Virus record (IMG/VR): IMGVR_UViG_3300004888_000001 | Span: 1 to 55,935 of that record | Reading direction: 5' to 3' (one strand) | DNA length: 55,935 bases | Source of the DNA: a virus | In this document: piece by piece, positions 41,650 through 50,505 of the stretch | Numbering within the stretch: position 1 is the stretch's first letter | Layout of the letters: each line of letters opens with the position of its first letter | Position numbers and translations under genes: made by a program | Notes under the pieces: generated by a model | Database searches by the model: none | What the model saw: only the letters and a program-made list of their open reading frames with translations | What the model was told of the DNA's origin: nothing

Positions 41650-42501
41650 TTAGTTGATCCCTAAATTCTCAACTGTTCTCATCGATTCGCACGAGCAATG
41701 CTCGTGGACTTGCGACGGTTGAACCATGTGATCGTATGTATGGAGGTAGCAACCATTGGCGCCATACTCGGCACCATGACTGTTAATTGTCCAAATTTTG
41801 ATATCTCGTAATGAGCCAGCAGATTCAACACCTACGAGCTCAGCTCCGCAAACGGCGTGGTTACCCATACCTTGATCGACACGAGCATTACCTTTACTGT
41901 CGCATGAGAAAAATCCATCCCCACAATGAACAGCCATCAAAACAGGGTCACGGTTAGCAATCGCTGACAGCGTTGCTTGCCAACACTTATCAGGGGAACT
42001 GTGAGGCATCTTCAACCAATCAAGCGGTCGGTACTTCATACCTTCCTGATTAGCAAAACGCTCCTCTTCCATCGACATTGAATCAAGCGTATGAACTTGA
42101 TATGGTACTGATTCGCGAAGGCAGCAACCACCTTTTAACAACTCTCGCATAATACTGCCAAGAGTTGCACCGTGGTCCTGACCGTCGTTTACACGAGTAT
42201 ACAAATGCTCAGGACCAAACTCCACATCATCCTTGCGATCAAATACATTTTTGACTTCGCAAGCTGTTGTTCCGGCATAGGCCGCGCAAGATGATTTACG
42301 ACCTTGCTGCTTACGTCGCTTGTAAAGATCCCAAGCAGCTTTACGACCTTTCGCAGCGTACAGCTTTTTAAGATCAGACAAGTCAAGCAACTTCACCGGA
42401 GGGTAAGAAGCATACGTAGTGTCGATCTTATCGGGAGCAATAAGACCTGTACGAAACTCCTTGTTACCAACAGTGTGAACGAATTGCGATGGGTTACTCA
42501 T
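41650..42501 (-). CDS. Papain-like (C1-type) cysteine peptidase; candidate lysis or virion enzyme
   Basis: QGRKSSCAAYAG has Gln 6 residues before the Cys, as in papain Q19/C25. GNHAVCGAELVG supplies the His. WTINSHG corresponds to the papain NSWG motif. Confidence 0.5.
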   Translation of the reverse strand: MSNPSQFVHTVGNKEFRTGLIAPDKIDTTYASYPPVKLLDLSDLKKLYAAKGRKAAWDLYKRRKQQGRKSSCAAYAGTTACEVKNVFDRKDDVEFGPEHLYTRVNDGQDHGATLGSIMRELLKGGCCLRESVPYQVHTLDSMSMEEERFANQEGMKYRPLDWLKMPHSSPDKCWQATLSAIANRDPVLMAVHCGDGFFSCDSKGNARVDQGMGNHAVCGAELVGVESAGSLRDIKIWTINSHGAEYGANGCYLHTYDHMVQPSQVHEHCSCESMRTVENLGIN

Positions 42502-42991
42502 TGAACAATTTCTCTTTGATAGGATCGGTGCTGCCCTTTGGTAAAGCTATTTGCCAAAGAACTGTTTTAGTATTTGAATCAATCAAGCAAACAACTGGAT
42601 GCTCAAGATTGTTACGCTCAAGAAATTGTTTTGCCTGATCGTCTTCGGGTGAAACAAACTCAAGGTTCTTAACTTTGCTTTCGGCTTCATCCCAAAACTC
42701 ATCATCAACCATTGTCAAGCCGTAATCTGGTTCCTCGTTGAGCTGTCGCTTGTCGCGAATTACCAGTAAAACACATTCACTGAGAGCAACGCCTTCGTTT
42801 TCAGGTTCAACAGAGTCACCCTTAATAACAATTGTTTCATTTGGCTGATAGTTGCCATCGCGATCAGGAAGGTTTATAAACCCCATCTGACTCGCCATGA
42901 CAAACGCCAACAACCCAAGGATCAAAAGACCTACAGTGAACCCCTGATTATTGCGTCTAGGTTCTGGTTTTTTAAATACCGAATACGGCAT
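42494..42991 (-). CDS. Membrane-anchored protein (165 aa)
   Basis: N-terminal TM segment GFTVGLLILGLLAFVMASQMGF. Confidence 0.55.
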   Translation of the reverse strand: MPYSVFKKPEPRRNNQGFTVGLLILGLLAFVMASQMGFINLPDRDGNYQPNETIVIKGDSVEPENEGVALSECVLLVIRDKRQLNEEPDYGLTMVDDEFWDEAESKVKNLEFVSPEDDQAKQFLERNNLEHPVVCLIDSNTKTVLWQIALPKGSTDPIKEKLFNE

Positions 42992-43557
42992 TACTCACCA
43001 CCTTTCACAACAGGGAAGCCGCCGGGGGTTAGTTCCTCAACCTCTTTGGCAGTTCTAGGAGCCACGATAATGAAATCAGATTGATGGATTTTATTCAACA
43101 CCGATCCGCACATTTTAACATCGCCGTCAATTGCAGCTTGTGCAAGTACTTGCATGTAAGTCTCAAACCCATCGATAGGTTGATACTCTTTAACATCAAC
43201 TGTATTTACTGTGTTGGTCACTTCAGTCGGACCGTTAGCAAAACTGTTAACCGCTGATTCAAACGGACTTGAAAGCCAAGCAATCAACCTAAAAGCTATG
43301 GCGATGAACAATGTACCCACAGTTGAGACAATGGTGGCAAGGATCTCCAGAGCTTGGGATATCAAATCTGCTGTTCCAGCCGATCTCAGTGCAGCCGGGT
43401 TCCCTGCATTGAGCGCACTATTGAGCGAGTCAAATCCCTCGGGCGCGGGAGGAACAAACCATCCTGCGAAGATACCTGAACCAAACCAAAAATTGTAGAA
43501 CACATATAGCACAACCACACCGACGATGATTGTAATTACTTTCTGAATCTCTCTCAT
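42991..43557 (-). CDS. Multi-pass membrane protein (about 188 aa), holin-like candidate
   Basis: Three hydrophobic helices. The ATG at 43557 has RBS GAGGAAGAAATG and avoids overlap with the upstream gene. Confidence 0.5.
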   Translation of the reverse strand: MREIQKVITIIVGVVVLYVFYNFWFGSGIFAGWFVPPAPEGFDSLNSALNAGNPAALRSAGTADLISQALEILATIVSTVGTLFIAIAFRLIAWLSSPFESAVNSFANGPTEVTNTVNTVDVKEYQPIDGFETYMQVLAQAAIDGDVKMCGSVLNKIHQSDFIIVAPRTAKEVEELTPGGFPVVKGGE

Positions 43558-43574
43558 TTCTTCCTCTGGGTTTG

Positions 43575-44057
43575 TTATGAAACTTCTAAGTAACCTATAC
43601 CTAAAGCAATAGGTTGCTGTCTCAGCCAAGCAACAACTCTTGCATCAGTTATAGTTCCCGACAGTGTTCCTGTTTTGAACCCTATCACTGTACCCTTGGG
43701 GACAAAGATAGGTTCTGGGAAAATGTAAGTTGTATGCTGTGACGTAACATTAAAAGTAGCAATGATTGAATCGTCAGCCATATTCTTAATCTGCATACCG
43801 GTAACAGAAGCAGAGTTAAAAACATCACAGTTAAATGAAGCGCCGTATAGTTCCCAATCTTCAACTAGCGGAATTCCGATATCGGCTCCAACGGAACCGT
43901 TACCGAAACTCCACTCATTGCTATTTGAGTTGAGCCCCCCGTTTTCTTCAGCCCATATAGCAATCTTGGCAATCCCGTAACCTAAAAAGTTACGGAGATC
44001 TCTAACATCCAAGCCAATTTGATTCAGCGCCGTCGAAATACGTTCTTCAAGACTCAT
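43575..44057 (-). CDS. Hypothetical tail-fibre-associated protein (160 aa)
   Basis: ORF track entry within the fibre cluster. Confidence 0.5.
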   Translation of the reverse strand: MSLEERISTALNQIGLDVRDLRNFLGYGIAKIAIWAEENGGLNSNSNEWSFGNGSVGADIGIPLVEDWELYGASFNCDVFNSASVTGMQIKNMADDSIIATFNVTSQHTTYIFPEPIFVPKGTVIGFKTGTLSGTITDARVVAWLRQQPIALGIGYLEVS

Positions 44058-44083
44058 AGTTTTTCTTCAGATTGGATTACCAA

Positions 44084-44653
44084 TTATGCAGAATCGCGAG
44101 CTGCAACATAGTCAGCAACAAAGTCATGCTCAGGGTTACCTACGCCAATGTTGTTACAAGCTTGAAGCTGCTGGGCAGGGGTAGCCGACTGCACTGAATT
44201 GAAGTCAACTTTTGCTGCCAGTCCGTTGGCTACAGTTGCAGCAAAGTTCGCATCGTTACCGAGCGAAGCTGCAATCTCATTCAGTGTGTCCAACGCAGCA
44301 GGCGCCATACCTACGATCTCCTGAACACGAGCATCGACCTCGGCTTGATTCAAACCACCAAGACCGGCTAAAGTAATGGCTGCGATAGCCATTGTAATTT
44401 CGCTGGTGATTTCCGCTGTCGATGCGACACCCATGTTAGATCGAGCCGTAGCGTAATCTGCCAACCCTGCAAGGTTTTCAGACTTCAACATGTCTCCGCC
44501 GTTGGCTGAGACAAGCACTTCATTGATCGCAGCAACAAGACTTGTCTTGTTGGCAGTTGACAAACCTGCAAGTGATCCATCTTGTGCCAAAAGCGTCTTA
44601 ACGTCGGCGCCGACACCTTCAGCTAATGCTTTGACCTGTAATTCCAAACTCAT
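44084..44653 (-). CDS. Tail fibre protein (189 aa)
   Basis: The N-terminal motif LSTANKTSLVAAINEV is common in phage fibre proteins. The rest is Ala/Gly-rich. Confidence 0.55.
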   Translation of the reverse strand: MSLELQVKALAEGVGADVKTLLAQDGSLAGLSTANKTSLVAAINEVLVSANGGDMLKSENLAGLADYATARSNMGVASTAEITSEITMAIAAITLAGLGGLNQAEVDARVQEIVGMAPAALDTLNEIAASLGNDANFAATVANGLAAKVDFNSVQSATPAQQLQACNNIGVGNPEHDFVADYVAARDSA

Positions 44654-44654
44654 A

Positions 44655-44897
44655 CTATCCTCGTGCTAAAATATAATAAGCAAGTAACAAACTGCCATCA
44701 ACTACTCCGTCAGTGGCTTCTTCATATTCCTTAGATTTCTCAGCCAAGTCCGTTAAGACTTCACCGATAGTGTCGCCCTCAACCCCCAGTGATGGGTCAA
44801 GAGATACAGGTGATTGCAAAATACCATCAACTGTGGGTTTAACAGGAGTGGTTATCCCAACTGTACTCTGAGTTCTGGTTTGAACACTTACGGGCAT
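44655..44897 (-). CDS. Hypothetical protein (80 aa)
   Basis: ORF track entry, tightly packed. Confidence 0.5.
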   Translation of the reverse strand: MPVSVQTRTQSTVGITTPVKPTVDGILQSPVSLDPSLGVEGDTIGEVLTDLAEKSKEYEEATDGVVDGSLLLAYYILARG

Positions 44898-45298
44898 TAC
44901 TCACCTGCGTTTTTTGGATAACCTGTTATTTTACCAACAATCAATCTGGCTATCTCACCAACCTTATAACCAGTTTCAGGATCGTCAGTGTTCGCTCTTT
45001 CAACATCAATGACCAACACGTAACGAGTCTTCTTTTTAATTTGCTCAGTGTCTGATTTTGGGATTCTTAATTCAAACTGACCGGTTGAAGCCGATAACTC
45101 AATACTTCCATTTTCAACAGTGTAAGGACCAAACGCCATACCACCCGTAGTATACAAAACACAAGCCGTGATTTCGTAATTATTCAGGTTTATTGGATCG
45201 CCCGCATTGTCCGCCCACAAGTAGTCCCGGAAAAAGGTCGCGCCTTGATCCAAGCGAGGGCAAGTGTCATCAACTGTTGGTAATATCGAGTCGGACAT
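44897..45298 (-). CDS. Hypothetical protein (133 aa)
   Basis: ORF track entry with a coupled start. Confidence 0.55.
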   Translation of the reverse strand: MSDSILPTVDDTCPRLDQGATFFRDYLWADNAGDPINLNNYEITACVLYTTGGMAFGPYTVENGSIELSASTGQFELRIPKSDTEQIKKKTRYVLVIDVERANTDDPETGYKVGEIARLIVGKITGYPKNAGE

Positions 45299-45525
45299 TA
45301 AGTTTTCTTTGTTTTCAAACTTTCAATTTCAGATTTGAGAAATTCGACTGTCTCAGCTTTTTCAACAAAAGCTTTATCTGTAAGTCTTTTGTTTTCCTCT
45401 TTGAGTTCATCTCTCTCTTTTTTTACTTCATAGTATACGTGACGAAATCCCGCCGCCATTATACCAATAACTGAACAGAGAACTCCAAACGATGTCTTTA
45501 CCCACAATGGTAAGTCTTCTGGCAT
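45298..45525 (-). CDS. Small membrane protein with a coiled-coil tail (75 aa)
   Basis: One TM segment (WVKTSFGVLCSVIGIMAAGF), then a charged helix. Confidence 0.5.
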   Translation of the reverse strand: MPEDLPLWVKTSFGVLCSVIGIMAAGFRHVYYEVKKERDELKEENKRLTDKAFVEKAETVEFLKSEIESLKTKKT

Positions 45526-45875
45526 TTCGAATCCTTCATATCTTGGTTTATTGCGTATTCTTTATTGAGCCACAAGCAAAAGACACCACCCATGCTAACC
45601 CCCACTGTAGTAAGGGACGCTACCCATGCTGAGTTGGGGAACATTGTCATGCTAAGACCTGCTAAGATACCGAACACACCAAGTATCAACCAAGACGTTT
45701 TAGTTCTTTTTGGCTCAATTTTTCCCATCATAGTTAACCATGTCCAAGATAGCGTTGCAAAGAAAAACGCAAATGCAAATGACAAGTGAGTTGGAGCGTT
45801 TAATCGCATGAAGATCCCCCATCCAATAAAACAATAAGCGATGGAGAAAACAGTCCTACAAATAAAGCTCTGCAT
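45498..45875 (-). CDS. Multi-pass membrane protein (125 aa)
   Basis: Four hydrophobic segments. Confidence 0.5.
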   Translation of the reverse strand: MQSFICRTVFSIAYCFIGWGIFMRLNAPTHLSFAFAFFFATLSWTWLTMMGKIEPKRTKTSWLILGVFGILAGLSMTMFPNSAWVASLTTVGVSMGGVFCLWLNKEYAINQDMKDSKCQKTYHCG

Positions 45876-45885
45876 CGTAAGCCTT

Positions 45886-47439
45886 CTAGGAAGTTAGTAA
45901 GGTTGCTAGTACCGCACCAGCCGCATCACTTCCCGCTGCGTTAGGGTGAATATTGTCAGCAGCAAGTTGATAAGGAGCATCCAACCCGTTGTCATCGTCA
46001 GCGTCCAACACCGAATAAATATCGAATACACGGCGAGAATTGTTATTCACCCACAATGTGTCCAACCATTCATTGAATTCATCAATCACTGCCTGTAACG
46101 CTGCGTTGTAGTCCGGTCTGGCACTCAAAGGTGGCAACTTTGTCACCACTAACTGCTTATCTCCGAACAAACCAATTACGTGAAGCATTCGGTCACGAAG
46201 GACGTTGAAAGGAATACCTCCCAAAACGTCATTGGTCGCCCTACCGATAACAACTGTATCAAAAGGCGAGGTATCAAACCCTTGAAGTATTGAGGGGATT
46301 TGAGTCAAAGTAGAACCCGCGACGGACAAGCTCCTATTCCCGGGGACACCAGAGTGAAAAATGGACCTCTGTGCGATATCAACTGCATCATTCCAAAACG
46401 AATCGCCAATATAAAGTACATTTGTCGGAGTTGTCCAACTGGTAACTGAAGTGAGGTTGGCAAGCATCTTAATCATAGATGTTTGATTAGCCTCAATTTC
46501 AGGCGAGCTGAAATTAAAACCAAACGGTTCGAAGTTAACAGCTTCGTTCGATTGAGCAACCATTAAGATATCAATCTCTGGCTTGTTAAAACTGAATCGA
46601 AGGTACGCGGCGTTAGGAGGAGCTGTTAAAACAATACCTGCACCGTTAACATTGGAACCTGAAATGAAAGCATTATTGGAATCGTACCAAGCCCATCTGT
46701 GGCGACTAGAAACGTAATAGTTTAAACCACCCTCAACCTCAATCGGATGAGTCAGGTAGTAAAGATCATTACCTCCAATCACTGCGCCTGTAAGATGACT
46801 GATAAACGTGTCAACCAAAACTTCAGGGTCATCACGATTGAAAAGATTGTCTGATGACACGATAGCTTCATCGATCCCTGCGACAGTTTCGGCTAATTCG
46901 CCAACAGTCACTCTGTCCTGTAAGACACCTGCGACACTACTTGCAGGTATAGCTGGAGTGTAGGGTCCGTTGAATTGAGAAAAAGGCAAGCTTGTCGCAC
47001 CTGAATAAACAGGTGATAAGATCATTTCTTGCCATAGAGAATGACTTAACAATAAACCGATGCTAAAACGTACATACCGGGCGCCGATAGGGGCTACTCT
47101 TGTTGTAGAGGTTCTACCAATACTTTCACCGCTAATGAAATTCTGATCGGCATCATACCAAGCAAATCGCTCGACTGTACTAAAGTAGTAGTTTACTTCT
47201 GGTTCTACCTCGACGAAATGTGAAGCACTGTGATTAGAGTTAGCGGATAGCGTTCCGTTGGTTTGAAGAACGAAAAAACCTTGCTGATTAGCAACATCAA
47301 CAATGTTGAATAAATTAGACCCTTCAGGGATCACGGGTACAAGTTCATTGTAGCAAGCATCGATCAACTCAACAAATTGTTCCTGAGTAGGGCGATCGTT
47401 ACGCTCAAAGTAAGTCTTCAGTTGTTCTTTAGTAGTCAT
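45886..47439 (-). CDS. Tail fibre/spike with a C-terminal SGNH (GDSL) hydrolase domain
   Basis: Fibre-type N-terminus TTKEQLKTYFERNDRPTQEQFVELIDA. SGNH blocks YIGDSFWND, GRATNDV and ADNIHPN. The ATG at 47439 avoids overlap with the upstream gene. Confidence 0.65.
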   Translation of the reverse strand: MTTKEQLKTYFERNDRPTQEQFVELIDACYNELVPVIPEGSNLFNIVDVANQQGFFVLQTNGTLSANSNHSASHFVEVEPEVNYYFSTVERFAWYDADQNFISGESIGRTSTTRVAPIGARYVRFSIGLLLSHSLWQEMILSPVYSGATSLPFSQFNGPYTPAIPASSVAGVLQDRVTVGELAETVAGIDEAIVSSDNLFNRDDPEVLVDTFISHLTGAVIGGNDLYYLTHPIEVEGGLNYYVSSRHRWAWYDSNNAFISGSNVNGAGIVLTAPPNAAYLRFSFNKPEIDILMVAQSNEAVNFEPFGFNFSSPEIEANQTSMIKMLANLTSVTSWTTPTNVLYIGDSFWNDAVDIAQRSIFHSGVPGNRSLSVAGSTLTQIPSILQGFDTSPFDTVVIGRATNDVLGGIPFNVLRDRMLHVIGLFGDKQLVVTKLPPLSARPDYNAALQAVIDEFNEWLDTLWVNNNSRRVFDIYSVLDADDDNGLDAPYQLAADNIHPNAAGSDAAGAVLATLLTS

Positions 47440-47447
47440 AATAAACC

Positions 47448-48590
47448 TTACAAGATAGCGCCGAGTGAGTTTAACCACTCTTGTTCAGTACCTACAAAAC
47501 CGTGACGAACCGCTATTTCATAAGCACTTTCACCACGAATAAAACCTCCGAAATCAAACTCTATCTCGGTAACCTCAAACCGAAAGCCGGGATCATTGCC
47601 GCTAAAGTTTGATCTAAAACGTAGAATGCCGTTGGCCAGATCCCCGTCATTCAAAATCATACTTAAATAATCGTTATCGAAATGAAGTATCATATAACCT
47701 TGAGCTATGTTTCTTAAAACATGTCTCAAAGCCACACGAGCGACTAAAGGCCAAGAAGTGAATCCAGTCGCTGAACCCGATACTACTCTTCTTCGAAAGT
47801 GTACCCAGATATCCCTAACACCTGTCAAATCCAAACCTGTTGGTATTTCAGTACCCTCGGCCGTAACGCTGCACAGGACTTCCCCCGTCCAAGACTCGAT
47901 TGAAGTAGGAGCAAGAGTTTCACCTACGGTAACATGTTGCGACATCTGCTTTATCTCAAGCGTCCTATCAAGAATGTCGAGCGTATTCCCACCTGAACCC
48001 GTATCGCCTTCTGTTACCACCATTCCAATAAGAACTGGTCCGGCAGAGGCATCAACTACAGCCATCATGTTTGGTTGGTAGTATTGATAACCTGACTGTG
48101 TTCCGGTCACTGAAAACGAACTAGCTGTTGCGTTAGTGCTTCCCGGTAACCGAACCCCTGTAACGATATTCCATAATTCAATCGACCAGTCCGCAGATCC
48201 GGGGTTGCCGTCAAGGTCAACACCGGCTGTACCCTCAACAACATAAGGAATGTCGCTTTGAGGTAACGTGAATACAGACTTTGCCTCGTTAGCAGTAATA
48301 CTGCCACTCAATAAAGTAAAAGTTTCGAAAGGCAGTTGTGTCCCTGTTGTCGGTGCTTCAATTTGCACCGATGTTAGAGCAACCGCATTGTTGAGTTCTT
48401 CGATATCCTCCGCCGCACCCCCGCCCCCGGCGAGCAGTGCCTGAACCTGCTGATACTGAGCCGAAGTCAGTTTTCGAGGGTCGAATTTCGTTCTTCTTCG
48501 CATGATAGCAATCCGTTTGCCGAAAGAAATGCCGATTCTAGGTGGACACTTGGGAAATGTGACAAAGCCGTCTGCCCAAAGATCAGGCAT
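47448..48590 (-). CDS. Tail fibre protein (380 aa; possible later start at 48503)
   Basis: The C-terminal motif GESAYEIAVRHGFVGTEQEWLNSLG is a common fibre signature. Confidence 0.6.
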   Translation of the reverse strand: MPDLWADGFVTFPKCPPRIGISFGKRIAIMRRRTKFDPRKLTSAQYQQVQALLAGGGGAAEDIEELNNAVALTSVQIEAPTTGTQLPFETFTLLSGSITANEAKSVFTLPQSDIPYVVEGTAGVDLDGNPGSADWSIELWNIVTGVRLPGSTNATASSFSVTGTQSGYQYYQPNMMAVVDASAGPVLIGMVVTEGDTGSGGNTLDILDRTLEIKQMSQHVTVGETLAPTSIESWTGEVLCSVTAEGTEIPTGLDLTGVRDIWVHFRRRVVSGSATGFTSWPLVARVALRHVLRNIAQGYMILHFDNDYLSMILNDGDLANGILRFRSNFSGNDPGFRFEVTEIEFDFGGFIRGESAYEIAVRHGFVGTEQEWLNSLGAIL

Positions 48591-48601
48591 CGGTTAGAAC
48601 G

Positions 48602-48630
48602 ATCATAGGGCTATTTTCTCCGAAGGTCAA
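48602..48630 (-). promoter_or_regulatory. Sigma70-like promoter for the fibre genes
   Basis: On the minus strand: TTGACC (48625-48630), a 17-nt spacer, then TATGAT (48602-48607). Confidence 0.5.
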
Positions 48631-48631
48631 T

Positions 48632-48664
48632 AACAAAACCCCGTCCTGAATGAACAAGACGGGG
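48632..48664 (-). terminator. Rho-independent terminator after gene 48710..49552
   Basis: The minus strand has CCCCGTC-(12 nt)-GACGGGG followed by TTTTGTTATT. Confidence 0.65.
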
Positions 48665-48709
48665 TAATTCACTAAAAGGCTGAGTAAGCTTCGCGTGATT
48701 TGCTGTCGT

Positions 48710-49552
48710 TTAGCTCAGGACTACGCGATATACGCGAACGCCTTCGCCTTCAGGATCGGCGGAACCAACCTGATGAGAAACGAACTTGCGAGTACGCTTC
48801 ATCTTGATCCGAGTCGCCGGGGTCAAAGTCGAAGTACGCTTACCGTTTTCACCGATGACGTAATCACCGTTTTCGTCACGGTTGTAAGTACGCTTTTCCC
48901 AAGCTTCCTGTTGTGTCTGACCACTGGCGTCGAGATCAGGTTCTTCGTATCGCTTGTTCGCGGCGCTGGTGTTGGAAGACATCTTTTTAATCAAGTCTTC
49001 AATGGTTTTGCCTTCTTCAATCTTAACGTGAAACGAAGGTGGCTGTTGTCCGACAACGGGTTCAGGAAGTTGCTCGTAGGGATAACGAGATCCGACATTG
49101 CGAGATCCACCACCGCGAGGCTTTGGTGCTGGTAAACCAACATCGTTACGAATAGCACCGATGTTATCAGTTTGACTGGCATCGAAACCAACGCCAGTTG
49201 TTACAGGCGGCGTTGTTGGAGCTGCCTCAGAAGAGGCTGGAGCTGTTGGAACCGCTGGTGCGGCTTGCGGAGCTGCTGGAACAGCAGGTGGAGTCGCCGG
49301 AGTACCGGGAGCTGTAGGTGGAGCAACAGGAGCGTTAAGGGCTTGTTGTCCGGCCGGTGTCAAAGTCACAAGAAAAGCATTCTGATTGTTTGGATCTTTT
49401 TGAGCAGGATTCGCTTCAATCAAACCATTTGTCGCAAGGACTTCACCTTCAGCGCTTGTCATGTAAACAGGTTGTCCTGATGCGAATTTTGTTTTTTGTT
49501 CAGGTGTGAACATTCTTAATCTCCGGGGTTTAAGGATTGGCGTTGTTGCCAA
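48710..49552 (-). CDS. Hypothetical protein (280 aa) with a central Pro/Ala/Thr-rich linker
   Basis: ORF track entry. It has its own terminator. Confidence 0.65.
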   Translation of the reverse strand: MATTPILKPRRLRMFTPEQKTKFASGQPVYMTSAEGEVLATNGLIEANPAQKDPNNQNAFLVTLTPAGQQALNAPVAPPTAPGTPATPPAVPAAPQAAPAVPTAPASSEAAPTTPPVTTGVGFDASQTDNIGAIRNDVGLPAPKPRGGGSRNVGSRYPYEQLPEPVVGQQPPSFHVKIEEGKTIEDLIKKMSSNTSAANKRYEEPDLDASGQTQQEAWEKRTYNRDENGDYVIGENGKRTSTLTPATRIKMKRTRKFVSHQVGSADPEGEGVRVYRVVLS

Positions 49553-49565
49553 AGTTAGTAATTCG

Positions 49566-49976
49566 TTACTGAGATAGGTAGTTTATCGTAAACTGAACGG
49601 CTTGCAAGTAGTGAAAAGCAACAAAGTGACCATAATTTTGAGATAAAAGATAATCGCGATAGCGAATTTGATCTGGGTTCGTCACTGTACCCTTCATTGC
49701 TTTCTCAAGGTCCGGTTTTTTGAACTCAATGTAAAGACCGTGTTGCTGCCCACATGGGATTGGGATGACAACATCAGGTACTCCGCGTCGAACTCCCTCC
49801 GCTACCAACCTAGCTGCCTCGCGACCACTACGGGCTCCACCATTAGGTACAGCATAAGCAAATTCGAAACCCGGCTGCAAATGCTTGTTGTTGTGCAACC
49901 AGCAAAAAAATGCTTGCTGATGACTTGATTCTGTTTTAGATTTCCCCAATACCTGCTCTGGCGTCATTAGTACCAA
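49566..49976 (-). CDS. VRR-NUC domain nuclease
   Basis: A PD-(D/E)xK pattern: GVPDVVIPIP...GLYIEFKKPD. Confidence 0.7.
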   Translation of the reverse strand: MVLMTPEQVLGKSKTESSHQQAFFCWLHNNKHLQPGFEFAYAVPNGGARSGREAARLVAEGVRRGVPDVVIPIPCGQQHGLYIEFKKPDLEKAMKGTVTNPDQIRYRDYLLSQNYGHFVAFHYLQAVQFTINYLSQ

Positions 49977-49997
49977 ATCTTTCTTGTGAAAAAGTTT

Positions 49998-50318
49998 TCA
50001 AGCTTCATTGCCGGTCCGATCGATCGACCAAATCTTACAGTTACATCGCCATTTTAAATCTTGCCCGATGATAATCTTCTTACTGCATTCAGGGCAAACA
50101 GCACCTTTCGGTAGCTGAACTTGTTCGGGTTCAGGTTCAGCGCCGGGGTTATTTTTTATCCAACCCATCCACTTGTGGGTATCTAAGAACTGTTCCAAAC
50201 CCAGTACCAAACAAGTCTCAACTAAGCACTGCATTTGGTAGTCAGTTGGAGTTATACCCTGCTCAGCAAAAAAGCTATTAGCTTCATGTTGAAACTGTTC
50301 GTTTATTTCCACCTGCAT
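49998..50318 (-). CDS. Hypothetical protein with a C-terminal zinc ribbon (about 106 aa)
   Basis: CPEC...CNC. The ATG at 50318 has AAGGA 9 nt upstream. Confidence 0.55.
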   Translation of the reverse strand: MQVEINEQFQHEANSFFAEQGITPTDYQMQCLVETCLVLGLEQFLDTHKWMGWIKNNPGAEPEPEQVQLPKGAVCPECSKKIIIGQDLKWRCNCKIWSIDRTGNEA

Positions 50319-50505
50319 TTTGAATCCTTTCAAATTCTTTAGTCATTTTGTTAAAATCAGGAAAGCCACCCGGAGTCTTGTAACCGTAAGCGTCGAGCGT
50401 TTTCATCACCTGCTCATCAGCAGGTAACGTACCCTGTTGTACCATAAAGCAAAGGAAGGCACAAGGGTCAATGCAATCCCAAAGAGAGCCTGAGTTACCG
50501 CTCAT
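50284..50505 (-). CDS. Hypothetical protein (about 73 aa)
   Basis: The internal ATG at 50505 has RBS GAGGTAACTGGAATG. Confidence 0.5.
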   Translation of the reverse strand: MSGNSGSLWDCIDPCAFLCFMVQQGTLPADEQVMKTLDAYGYKTPGGFPDFNKMTKEFERIQNAGGNKRTVST

